Assembly: GCF_003918875.1 (NCBI RefSeq)
Contig: NW_025764915.1
Location: 1,798,001-1,862,000, forward strand
Source: Haliotis rubra
Taxonomy: Eukaryota
Direction of reading: 5' to 3'
DNA: 64,000 bases
A program made the translations under genes and the position numbers. Below, piece by piece: positions 31,601-43,525 of this stretch (position 1 is the first letter of the stretch; each line of letters starts with the position of its first letter). The notes under the pieces are model-generated. The model worked only from the letters and a program-made list of their open reading frames with translations. It made no database searches and had not been told where the DNA came from.

Positions 31601-34600
31601 TACAGTATTATAATCCTACTTGAGTAGTAGTTACATATACTATAATAAGTCCTACTTTGGAGTAGTACAGTTACAGAGAGTATTATAATCCTACTTGGGA
31701 GTAGTACTTACAGTAGTTACAGTTATAATCCTACTTGGGGGAGTAGTTACAGTATTATAATCCCTACTTGGGAGTAGTTACAGTTACAGCATTTATAATC
31801 CTACTTGGGAGTAGTTTACAGTATTATAATCCTACTTGGGAGTAGTTACAGTATTATAATCCCATTATAATCTTTGGGAATAGTTACAATACTTGATAAT
31901 CCTACTTGAGTAGTAGTTACAGTATTATAATCCTACTTGAGTTACAGAGTAGTTACAGTATTATAATCCTACTTGGGAATAGTTACAGTATTATAATACA
32001 GTCCTACTTGAGAGTAGTTACAGTATTTTAATCCTACTTGAGAGTGTCCTTTACAATACAGATAATACTGATTTTTTTGTCAATCCTACTTGGGAATGTA
32101 GTATTATAACCCTACTTTTGGACAGTTACAGTTATAATCCTACTTGGATATACATTCCTACTTTGATGTTAATGACCATCCTTGTAGATATCTGATTTAG
32201 GTGTACTGACAGTATTATAATCCTACCTGGATGTACTTACAGTATTAAAATTCTACTTGGATGTACTTATAGAATTATAATGCTACTTTAGTGTACTTAC
32301 AGGTTTTTTCTATCCTGCTTGGCTGTACATACTCTATACTAACACTACTTGGGAGTACTTACAGTATTTTAATCCTACTTAGGACTATATACAGTATTAC
32401 AATCCTATTTTAGAGTGTACTTACAGTATTATAAATCCTTTGTGAGTATTATAATCCTATTTGGACACTTACAGTATTATATAATACTAACTGGATAACA
32501 TTACTTTTAGTCCTACTTGAATGGTGAGTATACTAACAATACTTGGGTCTACTTACAGTATTTTAATCCTTTGGGAGTATACTTACAGTATTATAATCAC
32601 CAAGTTCTCCTTGCAGGTCTCGTATCTCGCCAGCCAATGCCTCAGCTCTACAACCAAGAATATGATCATAAAATAATTCTGTTCATAATTGATGTTACAA
32701 GAAATATGTAAGATTCAAGGTGCACATACTGAAAGAAGAACTAAATTGTTTGGCATATTAAGATATCTGTTAATTTTTCTTCAAAGGGTGTCTGTTAATG
32801 GTGAAAGAAAATGATGTACAGCAGACTTATCTTATAACTATGACTGACTGAGTTTGGCTTCTTCTATTCAAGCAATATCACGTAGGGGGACACTTAAATG
32901 GGCTTTACATATATTGTGGGGATTCAACCGGGTCTATGGATATAACAAAGTGGGTTGGACTTCTTTAAGTGGCATCTTTAAACTGGTTTGTTTTGCCCCA
33001 GTCACATGATGTATATTGTAGTTGAAATGACAGGTTATAATGAAGGTTGAGGCAAAATGGGGCCATGCTTCCCATTCTAGATAAGTGCATGTTTGAACAT
33101 CTTCTTCTTCTGTTGTGACGTGGCAGATTGGCGCCTTCTCTTACTGTAAGAGTTTTATACACTATAAGACAATACCCAACATCTAAAATGTGGTATATAC
33201 TGAGAAGCTGCAAAAGATGTGTACCTTTTTTCATAGGACAGGTAACTGGAGTTCTCATCATTAGCATTCTCAATGTCCTTGTTAAGTCGGATCACTTCTG
33301 CATTCAGCTCATTGATCTTACTCCTGCAACACAACATTCACATAATGAGGACAAATATTACATCATCAGTATCAGTTCCTCTGCATGCTCCCTCAGTAAA
33401 TCATAGGGCTGGGTATTGCAGAGAATTTTCATATTGCAATATATTGCGATGCGAAAGCATATATTGCAATATGTATTGCAATATATTGCAAGAAAAAAAC
33501 TACTTATAATCGAGTTAATGCTTGATTTATACAGCAAAAACACAACAAAATCACCATGTTTGATTAAGCTTTAATAAAAAGTTTTAATCATGACAAAATA
33601 AAAATGTAAATAATATTTGGCACAAATAAAAAAAGGAAAGGAACAATTTATAAAATGGAAATATCCGAAGATTTCTGAGTGTTACGAAGTCTTTTTCGAA
33701 TTCATGTCAAAATACCGGTTTTCAATCAGCGTATCGCAATACGTATCGTTTCATGTCTGAACCGGTATATACCGGTAAACCAGTTATATTGCGCAGCCCT
33801 AGTAAATCATATAGAATGATGCAGAAATAACTAGTGCTGGCTACGACAATCCGAGCTTGAGGGACATAGCTTGGAATTCATGGTATCCTTCTACTCATCA
33901 TTCAGTGGAAAATGTTCAAGATACCGTTCTTATTGACTGGTTCCTTGGAATTGACCTTTGACTGGTTTTCAGAATGTATATTTCTTGAAAGCAGAAAAAA
34001 AATTCAAGAAGGTCATAGATGCACCATTCCCTTTTCAGAAAAAAGTCTTGTTCTAAAACAAATAGTTCCATTCAAACTGTTAAAACTGAAGTGTTTACCT
34101 GATCAAGCCAAGGTAGTATGTCTTGTCCATAACTTGTCTTCCACCTGCAACACCATTGTCATCATCAAGGAGGAACAACAACGTTACATTATCATCTAGC
34201 ATATCTTCAGTTCCACTATTGTATTTCTTACATAACATATGTTATATTTTGGATTAAACACTCTTAGTAAAGTACAGATCCTAGTACTGTTGTTGGGTTG
34301 AGTTCCATCCAGGATTTGATCTTACACCCTGAGAGTCAGGCACCTAATTGCCAGCACACAGAGTCAGACGCCTAACCTGCTCAACCACCGCAGCTTCCAC
34401 AAAAATGGAAGTTTGACAACTGGTAGTCTAGACTGTAGACTTTGAGTACCCCTCTGATAACTGTAAATTGGCACACCTCCCTTGCCAAAGTATTCATTCT
34501 TATTCTTTGCACAGTTGAAGTAAAGGATTGTCCTCATGTGATGTGAAGGCATACATGGCATGCCACAAACACACATGATGTACATATGAAACAGAAATAT

Positions 34601-36198
34601 TCTTGTTTATATCTGTAATTTGATGGTGATGTCCTGCTAACCTTGCTTGGCAGTTTTCATTCCACCCAAGCCCTGCTGTGTGGTTGGACGATCCACCACT
34701 GTCACCTGTGACATCAGGGCTGTGGATACAGAGGACATGTATCAGTGCACCTAAATTTATATACATATTGTGTTTTAAAGGAACAAAATACATCATAAAT
34801 AAACAATCAAAGATATGTGAAAAAGATATTTTTCAAATTCTATGCATTTTCTCAAGTAACCTGTTTCAGTCATTTCCATCAAGCATTTCACTATTAACAG
34901 AGAGAATTCCAGAATTTTCCTTTATCGATAAAGTTTTTATTAAACAATTACAAACAATTTACTATTAAACTGATGGTGTTTCAGTTTCCTTTTAAACATT
35001 GAAAAATGCCGAAACTCCAGGTCATTTCTTACTCGTTATGTTTCTGGGGCCATGACTACCTACCCACGCCTCCTCCGATCTGTCCTCCTCTCGTCCCTGG
35101 TCTAGCTGTACCTGGATTCTGAAAGATTATTGATCATGTAGAAAAGGATACTAATGCACACAGTAAACCGATACTTTTGAAACCTTCAATTCTTTGTGTG
35201 AATAAAAGCTGAAGTAATGAAGTAAAATCCACCACATGATAATGAACCTACCATAGCAGTTGTCAATCTGGTGGCCGTTCCTGGCTGTCTTCCAGCAGCT
35301 TGCAACAAAGAAAAACAAATTCTGTAATTACCAAACATATACAGGGGAATGATTCTAAGAAACATTCACCTGAAGAATGAGTAAGAATTAACTCTGAAAC
35401 ATTGTGTTAAACAAATAAAGAATTTATATAAAAAAAAATATCACTAAATTCCAAGATGCTTAAAATATTAAATTGGTAAAACCATGTTTGGTGTTCTTAT
35501 GATATTGATGAAACTTCACTTTTTTCTGGGAAAAAATGTTTACAGACATTTAATTCATCAAATTCTAAGAATTATTGACAATAATATCATTCACTACCTG
35601 TCCCTGGGGGACGAGCTGCCCCTGTGACTGGACGGCCACTGCTACTTGGGGGTCTTTGACTCCTTTGAATGAAAAGTAAGCACTATACATAGTATTGCAT
35701 GTCAAAAGTAGTCAAGTCAAAGACACTTTAATGTAGATCGAGGCAATCTTACAGCCAAGCCTACGTCCTACATGTACACTTATAAGGAACACATACATCA
35801 ACAGAAGGTAACTTCATGAACAATTTTAAATATGTATGAATATCGGTAAGATTTAAGGTAACTAAATGTACCTTCAAAGTACAATGCATTACAATACAAA
35901 CACAAAGTTATTGAAGTCACTGATTTGTCATATTTTCATAGATTTGACTTGATCAAACAGGTCGTCTTATACTTATTCTTACAGTTGCCAAACCAATAAA
36001 ACCTGTTTACAATGTCCACGAAACTGTGCAAAAAATAAATTTATTCGAATTACTCTCGAGAGTAAAGATCGCAAAGATCAACCAACTTAACATCACTATA
36101 TACATTAGAGGGAACCGACAAAACCCGAAAGAAGCCATAAGAATTTTTTTTTTTTCATCTGATTACCAAAACATCACACAAATGTACAGTACTCACAT
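19647..36198 (-). CDS. IFT74: Intraflagellar transport protein 74, 594 aa, 23 coding exons
   Basis: Exons (minus strand): 36198-36197, 35662-35598, 35298-35252, 35118-35064, 34719-34642, 34144-34099, 33323-33225, 32647-32587, 31086-31027, 30624-30563, 28937-28859, 26812-26690, 26550-26517, 26288-26138, 24591-24512, 22743-22690, 22353-22313, 22078-22022, 21569-21449, 21008-20845, 20301-20176, 19957-19897, 19765-19647; 1785 nt, open frame. Motifs: [72 protein letters not shown]. Confidence 0.95.
19766..19896 (-). other. U12-type (minor spliceosome) GT-AG intron, last intron of IFT74
   Basis: Donor GTATCCTTTT; branch point TTCCTTAAT (19782-19774) 8 nt upstream of the exon; no polypyrimidine tract; splicing here preserves the frame. 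Confidence 0.9.
20440..20642 (-). mobile_element. Helentron/HINE-like fragment
   Basis: AAGGGCCATAACTC motif, CGGA/CAGA microsatellite and GGGGGATAATAA end; same architecture as 16803-17180. Confidence 0.4.
21202..21366 (-). mobile_element. tRNA-derived SINE, family A
   Basis: Reverse-complement full copy. Confidence 0.85.
21615..21850 (-). mobile_element. SINE family B (diverged)
   Basis: Reverse-complement similarity to 25591-25837. Confidence 0.65.
22830..24511. repeat. 42-bp minisatellite (IFT74 intron 15)
   Basis: Unit ACCCTGTCAGTGATACACACCCTCACCATGTCGGTGATACGT; abuts the exon donor at 24511. Confidence 0.95.
24950..26137. repeat. 29-bp minisatellite (IFT74 intron 14), interrupted by a SINE
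   Basis: Unit TGTGTTCAGGAGGTACTTCCTGTTAGAGA and variant TGATTTGAGGAGGTACTTCCTGTTTCTCAA; abuts the donor at 26137. Confidence 0.95.
25591..25837 (-). mobile_element. SINE family B, inside the 29-bp minisatellite
   Basis: Best-preserved copy: GTCCCGTGA...GATCCGGGTTACAATTGATCTTCAG...TGTTGTAAGAGGTGACTAACGGGATCGGG...GCTGGAATATTGCTGAGTGTGGCGTAAAACTAAACTCACTCACTC. Confidence 0.88.
26850..28420. repeat. 39-bp minisatellite (IFT74 intron 11)
   Basis: Unit GAGAGAGTGTTAACATGAGGGCAGGGTGCTATACACAGG, about 40 copies. Confidence 0.97.
28940..30510. repeat. 30-bp minisatellite (IFT74 intron 10)
   Basis: Unit ACCAGCAACATCAGATCAA(C/T)CATTG(T/A)TACA, about 50 copies; runs into the acceptor at 28938. Confidence 0.97.
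31135..32600. repeat. 30-bp minisatellite (IFT74 intron 8)
   Basis: Unit AATCCTACTTGAGAGTAGTTACAGTATTAT with degenerate edges; overlaps the exon 8 donor. Confidence 0.93.
32841..32934 (-). mobile_element. Degenerate SINE family A fragment
   Basis: GCAATATCACGTAGGGGGACAC...AATGGGCTTTACA...GTGGGGATTCAACCGGGTCT. Confidence 0.55.
33404..33801 (+). mobile_element. hAT-type MITE, copy 1
   Basis: TAGGGCTG...CAGCCCTA termini with exact 8-bp TSD GTAAATCA; homologous over its length to 48312-48700. Confidence 0.88.
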
Positions 36199-36330
36199 TT
36201 TCTTGGTTGCGATGTCAACACTTGTCTGGAATGCAACCGGAAGCTAACGTTGTCGTGTAATGGGCGCGATAGAACACGAATATGTTGAATTGAGTTATGT
36301 CCCCTTACTTAAGCGGAAGAAGTCGCACGG
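36199..36330 (-). promoter_or_regulatory. IFT74 5'UTR/core promoter
   Basis: CpG-containing stretch directly upstream of exon 1 with ETS-like ACCGGAAG (~36236) and GCGGAAG (~36313). Confidence 0.45.
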
Positions 36331-36638
36331 GTACGGGTGTGGGTTCTTATGCTTGTGCCGACAACGACACCTTTAGCCTTATTGAATGAAAATTGTATTG
36401 ACAGCAGCGAATCTTGCACTTGGTTTGGACAACACGTACCCTCGGGGATTCAAACCCACTGAAAATGGCTAACTCATTCCTAAAATCCCCGCCTAGTTAT
36501 TCATTTGAACTCTCTTCAAATATATCTGGCTGACTAGCTCACGAAGTTTCAGGACCCATACGCTTTGTTGATTTGTAAAATTTGTTGCAAGCAAGGTGTC
36601 CTAAACCGATTACATGTATTCTAGCACATTTTGGCACT

Positions 36639-36911
36639 TAGGGAGCCATAATTTATGGCTAGGGGTGATGATGTTGATTTTTATGGGGAAGCATGTACAA
36701 TGTGAGTGAAACAAAAAAAAACAACCCCCAATTTATGTTCAAAATAAGTGACCCCCCTGCATGTCATGTACAAAATCAATGACCCCCTTCCCTTCCCATA
36801 ATTCCGAGCATAATTTGAAACATATTTTTATGCTGACCCCCTAGCTCCCCAGAACAAAATCATCAAAATCATCATCACCAACCTAGCAATAAATTATGAA
36901 CGGTCCCTTAA
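36639..36911. mobile_element. TIR element with TTAAGGGACCGTTCATAATTTAT-type end (Kolobok-like MITE)
   Basis: Left TTAGGGAGCCATAATTTATGGCTAGG...ATGATGTTGATTTT mirrors right AAAATCATCATC...CCTAGCAATAAATTATGAACGGTCCCTTAA; a related end fragment lies at ~2600-2617. Confidence 0.5.
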
Positions 36912-37425
36912 TGAATAACACTTTCACAGCATAGCCTATCGTTATAATCACATGGAAATATTGTGAGCCCTGTTAGTTCATAAATCATATACATCATTCG
37001 TTGTACATTTGTACATACGGTAATGTTCTCTACAACAAAACTAACCCATTCAGTGTCTGGGTGGCCCAGTTGTCTAAGATGCTATGCAGAACTGCCCTGC
37101 CAAGCACCTATGATGATTGGTTCCAAACACTCTGATACTTTGTAGATGTTCATCAGTTCAATACCACTGTTTCATCAAACGGGTAAACACTGAAATACTG
37201 CTCAAATCACTACAAACACTTAGGGGTAGAAACTGTTTTGAGGACACAAACGGAACTTCCTTGTTGAAATAAATATAAGCATTTGCTGTGTTCTAAAGTT
37301 AAAAACTGTATATACCTGGTTACCTAAGTAAATTTTCAGATTTTTCTAGCAGTGGCAAAGTTGGGTTGTTTAGTTTACAGATTCAAATAAATCAAATGCA
37401 TGTTTTTAATATCATGGGTAATAGA

Positions 37426-37571
37426 CAGGCGCGTAGCAAGGCAATTTTTTCGTGTAAGCCCGATAGGTTGCAAAGCTTTTTATTTAGATAGTATTGAGGA
37501 CTTGCCCAACCTTTTTACCTACAATCATGTGTAAGCCTGGGCTTTGTTTTAAAATGGTAGCTATGCCCCTG
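37426..37571. mobile_element. Short MITE with 5-bp TSD
   Basis: CAGGCGCGTAGC...GCTATGCCCCTG imperfect TIR; ATAGA on both flanks; internal GTAAGCC motifs. Confidence 0.55.
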
Positions 37572-38899
37572 ATAGACATCATATTCTTATGTGACATGAT
37601 TAAATATCGAGGTAAATATCACAGAAATAGGATCAAATTGGATCAGTCATTATACCATCCACACATTAGAAAATCCGAAAAAGCCTACACTGCAGGGATA
37701 CTACAATCAGACAAGAACTACCGGGGATATTTTCAAATAACGACGTCTGCTTGGCATCCACCCTTCTTAATGTCCCACTGTTTAGGTTGACGAAATTCTG
37801 CCACAGTGGACAGTAGTAGCCCAGTTCCCATGTCCGTCACAGACGAAGGAGCAGGGACTGACCAGCTTTCAGCTAAGATTCATTATTAGATTGTTAGTGT
37901 GAAACATAAATTGCTCTGAATTTTTATAGTGGCCTTTTAACAAAATTCACTCTCAATTAGAAACAATCAATTGCTTATCTACTGAAGCTGTGTAACTGAT
38001 CTGAGTGATTATTGGTAAGTATTGTCACCATGTGATCCCTTGTCAGTTTGCTTGTATGACATTGGAAATTCCCTGGCCGCAAATCCACATGGCTGCAAGT
38101 TCCTGGTGACAGTACTGGCAGTTTTGTGGTTTCAGTATAGAGCGATGCCAGCAAAGAATATAGGGATGGTTGTCTTTGTGCTGCAGCGGTACAGTAACGG
38201 ATACAGGCAGGAGTTGGGTAAACATGCTTTGATCATTATTTCACATGTAATGTGGGAGGGAAGAAAAAGTCTGAAAAAGTTCAAGCATCCTGTAAAGATT
38301 TGTCATATGGGGTAACATGGGATTTGTTGTCAGATTCAATGACTTGGTTAGTCACAGCTCAATCACAGGTTCCCCGGTCCATGCACAGTTCTTTAGAAAC
38401 GGCAGACCTTCTCTTCTTTATGAGGGGCCACATTGGGGGGATTCTGGTTTAGAATAGATCCCCAGCAACCAATGTTGGGTGTAAGAGGTGACCAGTTAAA
38501 TCACAGGTCAATCACTGGATTGTATGGTTCAGACTTAATTATTTACATTTGATTGTCATTTAGCTCAAATATTGTTGACTAAAAACACACAAAGTTGATA
38601 ATCGCTGCCAATGTGGGAATGACGACACACTGGTAACACGTCTCCACATATACAACAGGTGCTCTTCATGGTATCAGCAAAATAAAAACAAGATACTCTC
38701 TCCTTAGAATGATTGATTTATTAAATAAAATCAACATGAATGAATGATTCAGTGAATTATAAAAACAGTCTACAAGACTGTGTTCTTCCAGTAGTGATGA
38801 GCATCCTATCAGTGTGCCACCAGAATTCTTCATTGGCTGGAATCACAAGTGTATGAGACAGCAGCTAACAGTTCAGACAGTCAACATTGCACCTCACAT

Positions 38900-39027
38900 A
38901 CAGGTAACATAATAAACCACTATTGAATGTTGCTGCACAAAACAGGTAACATAATAAACCACTATTGAATGTTGCTGCACAAAACAGGTAACATAATAAA
39001 CCACTATTGAATGTTGCTGCACAAAAC
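38900..39027. repeat. 42-bp tandem triplication
   Basis: ACAGGTAACATAATAAACCACTATTGAATGTTGCTGCACAAA repeated three times, perfect. Confidence 0.92.
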
Positions 39028-41279
39028 TAATCACTAATATATAACGCATATTACACAAAGTTACATTTGTTCCCTTTTCAAACTTTTAAATCTTGAAATA
39101 ATCACAACAAACCTGTTTTCACATTGATTATGTAAGTTATTTCATGTAATTCATAATCTCTTTTTATGTATAATATGTAATAATGGGGACATGATTTTTA
39201 ACTGCATGGAGTCTGTATCTCCATTCCATTAAGATGCATACCCTGAAGCCTTCACTACCATAGCTTCATCATGAGCCCAATTCAAATGACAACACTTAAA
39301 ATAGCCATCAACCCTATTTCACTGTGTGCAAGAGAAATTCTATGCTGAGACCGCCATTGGACAGGTGGAGGTGAAATGCCACATTCAAAACAAGGCTTTG
39401 GTACAGGGTACTCATCAGAATACAATTGAGATACAATACCCTGGTTGACAGAGGTGACAATGCCTTCAGAGACTGACTACCTGTAAGTTGGGGGGTGGGG
39501 GTTGAGAGGGGAAGTCAGTTTACATATTAACCACATAGTACTTATCATCAGGTAAGTAGTTGCGAACATAGTCATTTCATGAAGTGACATTATGTTGTCA
39601 AACTCACTGTTACATTTGGCAAGAGCACAAATACCAAAATAGCAGACAACAGGCAAACACCAAGCATTTCATATGTGACAGATCATCCAAGTAAAACTGA
39701 CTTGGGTCCAGCCAATCGCCAGTACTAGCAGATTTGATTCAAATAATAACTTAAAACTCATGAGGTTTATCTGCAAACTGAAAAAATAATCACAATGCGT
39801 ATCAAACAGCAGCCCAGTAAAAAACGACAACATCTCAGTCTCACACATACCATTGCTGCAACGTCTGCACAACCAAGCACTGAGCAGCAGTCACCAAATC
39901 GTTATCTGCTCCAAACAATGTCGGTGTGGGAGCATACATCTGTAACCAAATATCTCCCAGCGATACTGAAAGAACTGCATCTGTCCTCGTGCAAGATGCA
40001 CACAGCACTGAAACCTGTTGAAACAAATGCTGTCAGTATCCCTGACGCTCTCCTTGTTGACATGCTCTCACTTCCCTCCGACAGTCAGACACCAGACACA
40101 CCTGTACGCGAGGGGAGTTAAATGCCGAGTACAGAATGCCAAGGAATGTTAGTATGAGTTTCTTCACAATACGTTTGACTTAAAAACATTGCTCTCTTGA
40201 AATGAAACAAGACTTTAATGTCTAGAACATTTGTCTGACATAGGCACATAATTCTTGTAGAATAGAAAACAGACTTGCACCCATTACATGCTCTGTGTTT
40301 CCGTGGTGATGTGTAGCACCATGGTAAACGACGTCATACAGTTTTGGGGATGGGGTTCAAGGCCCACTCAAGTTTCTATTTTCATATTCAATTCACAGCT
40401 TGCAAACACTGGTCATGACCGTGATATCATCCCAAAACTACCCATGACCATAGTCAACTGCGAGTGGCATACCAATGTTGAGTGGAATGGCGATGGTGTC
40501 TTGTGTATATACTGATACAAGTTTCAGATGTTCTAGTAGAGGGAAATGTTGGATTTCTTCATCACACCAGACAAGCTGAGGTCATTTTTTTTTTTTGGAT
40601 TGGTTAAAAAAAAAATTCACCATCAGAAGACCACCAACCAGCATCTATGGCCTCGATTTCTTGTTTTGAAGACAAATAGACAGGTATAAAACATAATGAT
40701 GGAAAAATGCCATCTTCATAATCTTTAATACAGGACCTTTTTGAAAATTATGCCATCAAGATATGACATATTCATGGGCAACTAAAAATGGATTGAAATG
40801 GGTTATCAATATTACACCAACTTTTCCCTGTAAATATTTATGCTGAATTGAATTGAATTCTGCTGAAAAGTGGCATAACTCATAAATCAAAATATAGACT
40901 GGTCAAACATAATGACTTCTTCATGGCTAAATCCAACTGAAGCTCAATGAACAATGTAAATATTGCTGTAAACAATAAACAGTTACATGTTTCAAAACAA
41001 TTCCACACAAACTAGGAACATTCGCCATTTGGTTATGTAAACAAGCTGCAGAACTCTCTTGTGAAAGTTCATCTACAACGACTTCAAATGATAACAGTAA
41101 AGTGTGATAATATCCAGAATGCCTGTTAAGAATTCTGTAAAGTGGCAGTTCTTGACACAACCTCATTTCAGTACTGAATGAATATGAAAGACTGACAATT
41201 AATTTTGTTTTGCGTTCCCACCAACTCCATTGAGCTAGGAATCCAGGGACTGCTCATTATTCTTGACCGATGTAGATTC

Positions 41280-41646
41280 TAGGGATGTCACGATACATAA
41301 GTTTCATGAATCGATACGTATCACGATACCTATTTTCGAGGCATTATTGCATAAATTTAGATTTTTTTTAACATTAATATTTCATATTTCATAATTGTCC
41401 ATGAAAAGATCAACATTTTTTATTCTCAGAGATTAAAAAGTTCTAATTTCCCATCTTTGTGCATGAAAAATAATCATTTATAACTTTCATAACATCAAAA
41501 AACATGATACAATTGCAAAATGTAAACAATACATGAACATATTTAAACCGATACTTTCACAACTAAATATCGATAGTTTTGAATGTATCGATAATTGTAT
41601 TGTCTTAGAAAAACTATGGATGCATCAATGTATCATGGCATCCCTA
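41280..41646. mobile_element. hAT-type MITE
   Basis: TAGGGATGTCACGATAC...GTATCATGGCATCCCTA; exact 8-bp TSD GTAGATTC; internal CGATAC motifs. Confidence 0.85.
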
Positions 41647-43459
41647 GTAGATTCTGCATTATGTGACAACAAAGATTTTGATATTCCTGCAAAGGTTCAA
41701 CAACAAAAAGAAGTACATGCCCACATGGAAACATGAATCCTGATAGTCAATATTTAACTTACTATACTAAAAATATACATGTATATGATCTAGACACACA
41801 CCAGACCTTTGTCGTTTCAGCATGTCGTAATTTCACATTGTCAAAATGAAATGAACATATTTCTGGAAGAATACACAAGTTCATTATGTAAGCATCAATA
41901 AACACATGTTAAATGAACACTGCATATTTTTAGCATCTTCAAACCTCTCATAAACAGTGAACAAGTAGTAGTTGTGTGTACAGAATTAGTTGGGTTTAAC
42001 TTCATTTTGAAGAGTACTAGTATTTCAAGAATGTCATGGCATGACAGCTTCACGTGGGAGGAGATCCCCAAGTGATTAATTTTTACCATTTTGGAGAATC
42101 CAACCAATACAAAGTTTCAAGCCTAACAATGTCAGGGGGACACAACTCTGCTGAGTGAATAGTGACACCTCACACATCTCGACCTCCAATGCCAAAACAG
42201 TTAACAAGGAATCAAGGCAATATTGCATAATGAAACAAACCCTCAACTACACCTATAATATAACTGATACCAAACTGATACTAATAATTTCTAAGTGCAA
42301 TTTGACTTTGTTTTGCAGCAGTGAACCTTGGAGTACTTACAGTCTTTAATGCCCCAATCTAACCTTAATCCTGGCTTGAACCTAGTTTCCCCATGTACCG
42401 GAGAGCATACCCACTCTCAGTAAAAACACAGCAGTGGTTGTACCTCTCATTAGGTTCTGATATTAGTTAGACTGGCCACGTAACTGTGGACTGAGTGAGC
42501 TGGTGTCCAGTGATTGTTGTCATGTTCTGATTCAGGACTTTCTGTATCACGGCATCTTGACAGAACAAGGACCACACTTGTTTCAAAGCAATCATATGTC
42601 ATACCAGCAGTATTCAAATTCCTATTCAGCAATTGCTCTATCAGAGCTCCCACCATCTCTGTGGCAAAATATATGACATACTCTTTCTGTAAATTCTGTT
42701 TCTCAGATCATTGAACAAATTTCAAACTTAACTTATTGCCATGTGCGTACATCAAGCCAGCTTCAGCAGCCATGCAGCTTGACATGCAGCTTGACATGAA
42801 GTGTGCAGGGTCTATTGAAGTTAAGATGTTAGTTTGTAATCAGTGTTATAAAAAAACCAATCACACTTGTTTCCCTGTTACCAAGAAAGGTACAATTACT
42901 CCAACACATATCAACCATCAGTTATACTGTTATTACGTCTTGACATGTGGTTACATTCCAAACCAGTAAAATGAAGAAGTCTCTGAAACACATTACAAAC
43001 ATTTTTTGAGATGCATTGACTAGATTTGTAAACATGATACGGAACTGGATGATTAGAAACACTGACATGGTCCTGATCATCCATTACCAAAATAAAATAA
43101 TTGAAATATACAGGCAAGATGTTTGCTTAATCAGATATAAACACTTTACCTTTGGGAAAAGGAGGAAGTGCTGGAGTGTTTTTAAATATTTCGCCCTATT
43201 TTGCAAATCTAATATGGATTTTTGTCCTGAAACAATTCTGTAGATCAAAACCCTCTTTCTACTCCAAAGATAAAAATATGTATTTGGTCCTTATATTCAC
43301 CATTGAAGTGTCTTTTAATAAGATCCTTTATAACTGTACCTTCTATATCTAAATTCCTGAAAGAAAGTGATACAGTTGGCAGACATTATCCCTGACCAAA
43401 AGGATACATCTTGATCAACTATAGGTGAATTACAGAACATGGGTTTACACCATTTTCAG

Positions 43460-43525
43460 CATTCTCTTCCCACAGAGGTTACTCCTGTCATATCTTCCCT
43501 ACGTAACCTCTGTGGGAAGAGAATG
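43460..43525. mobile_element. 66-bp mini-MITE / perfect hairpin
   Basis: 23-bp perfect TIR CATTCTCTTCCCACAGAGGTTAC, 20-nt spacer, exact 9-bp flanking duplication CATTTTCAG. Confidence 0.8.

Noticed and set aside
38022-38315. 97-aa ORF with a hydrophobic stretch
   Set aside because: Non-ATG start, no recognisable family and no consistent exon chain.
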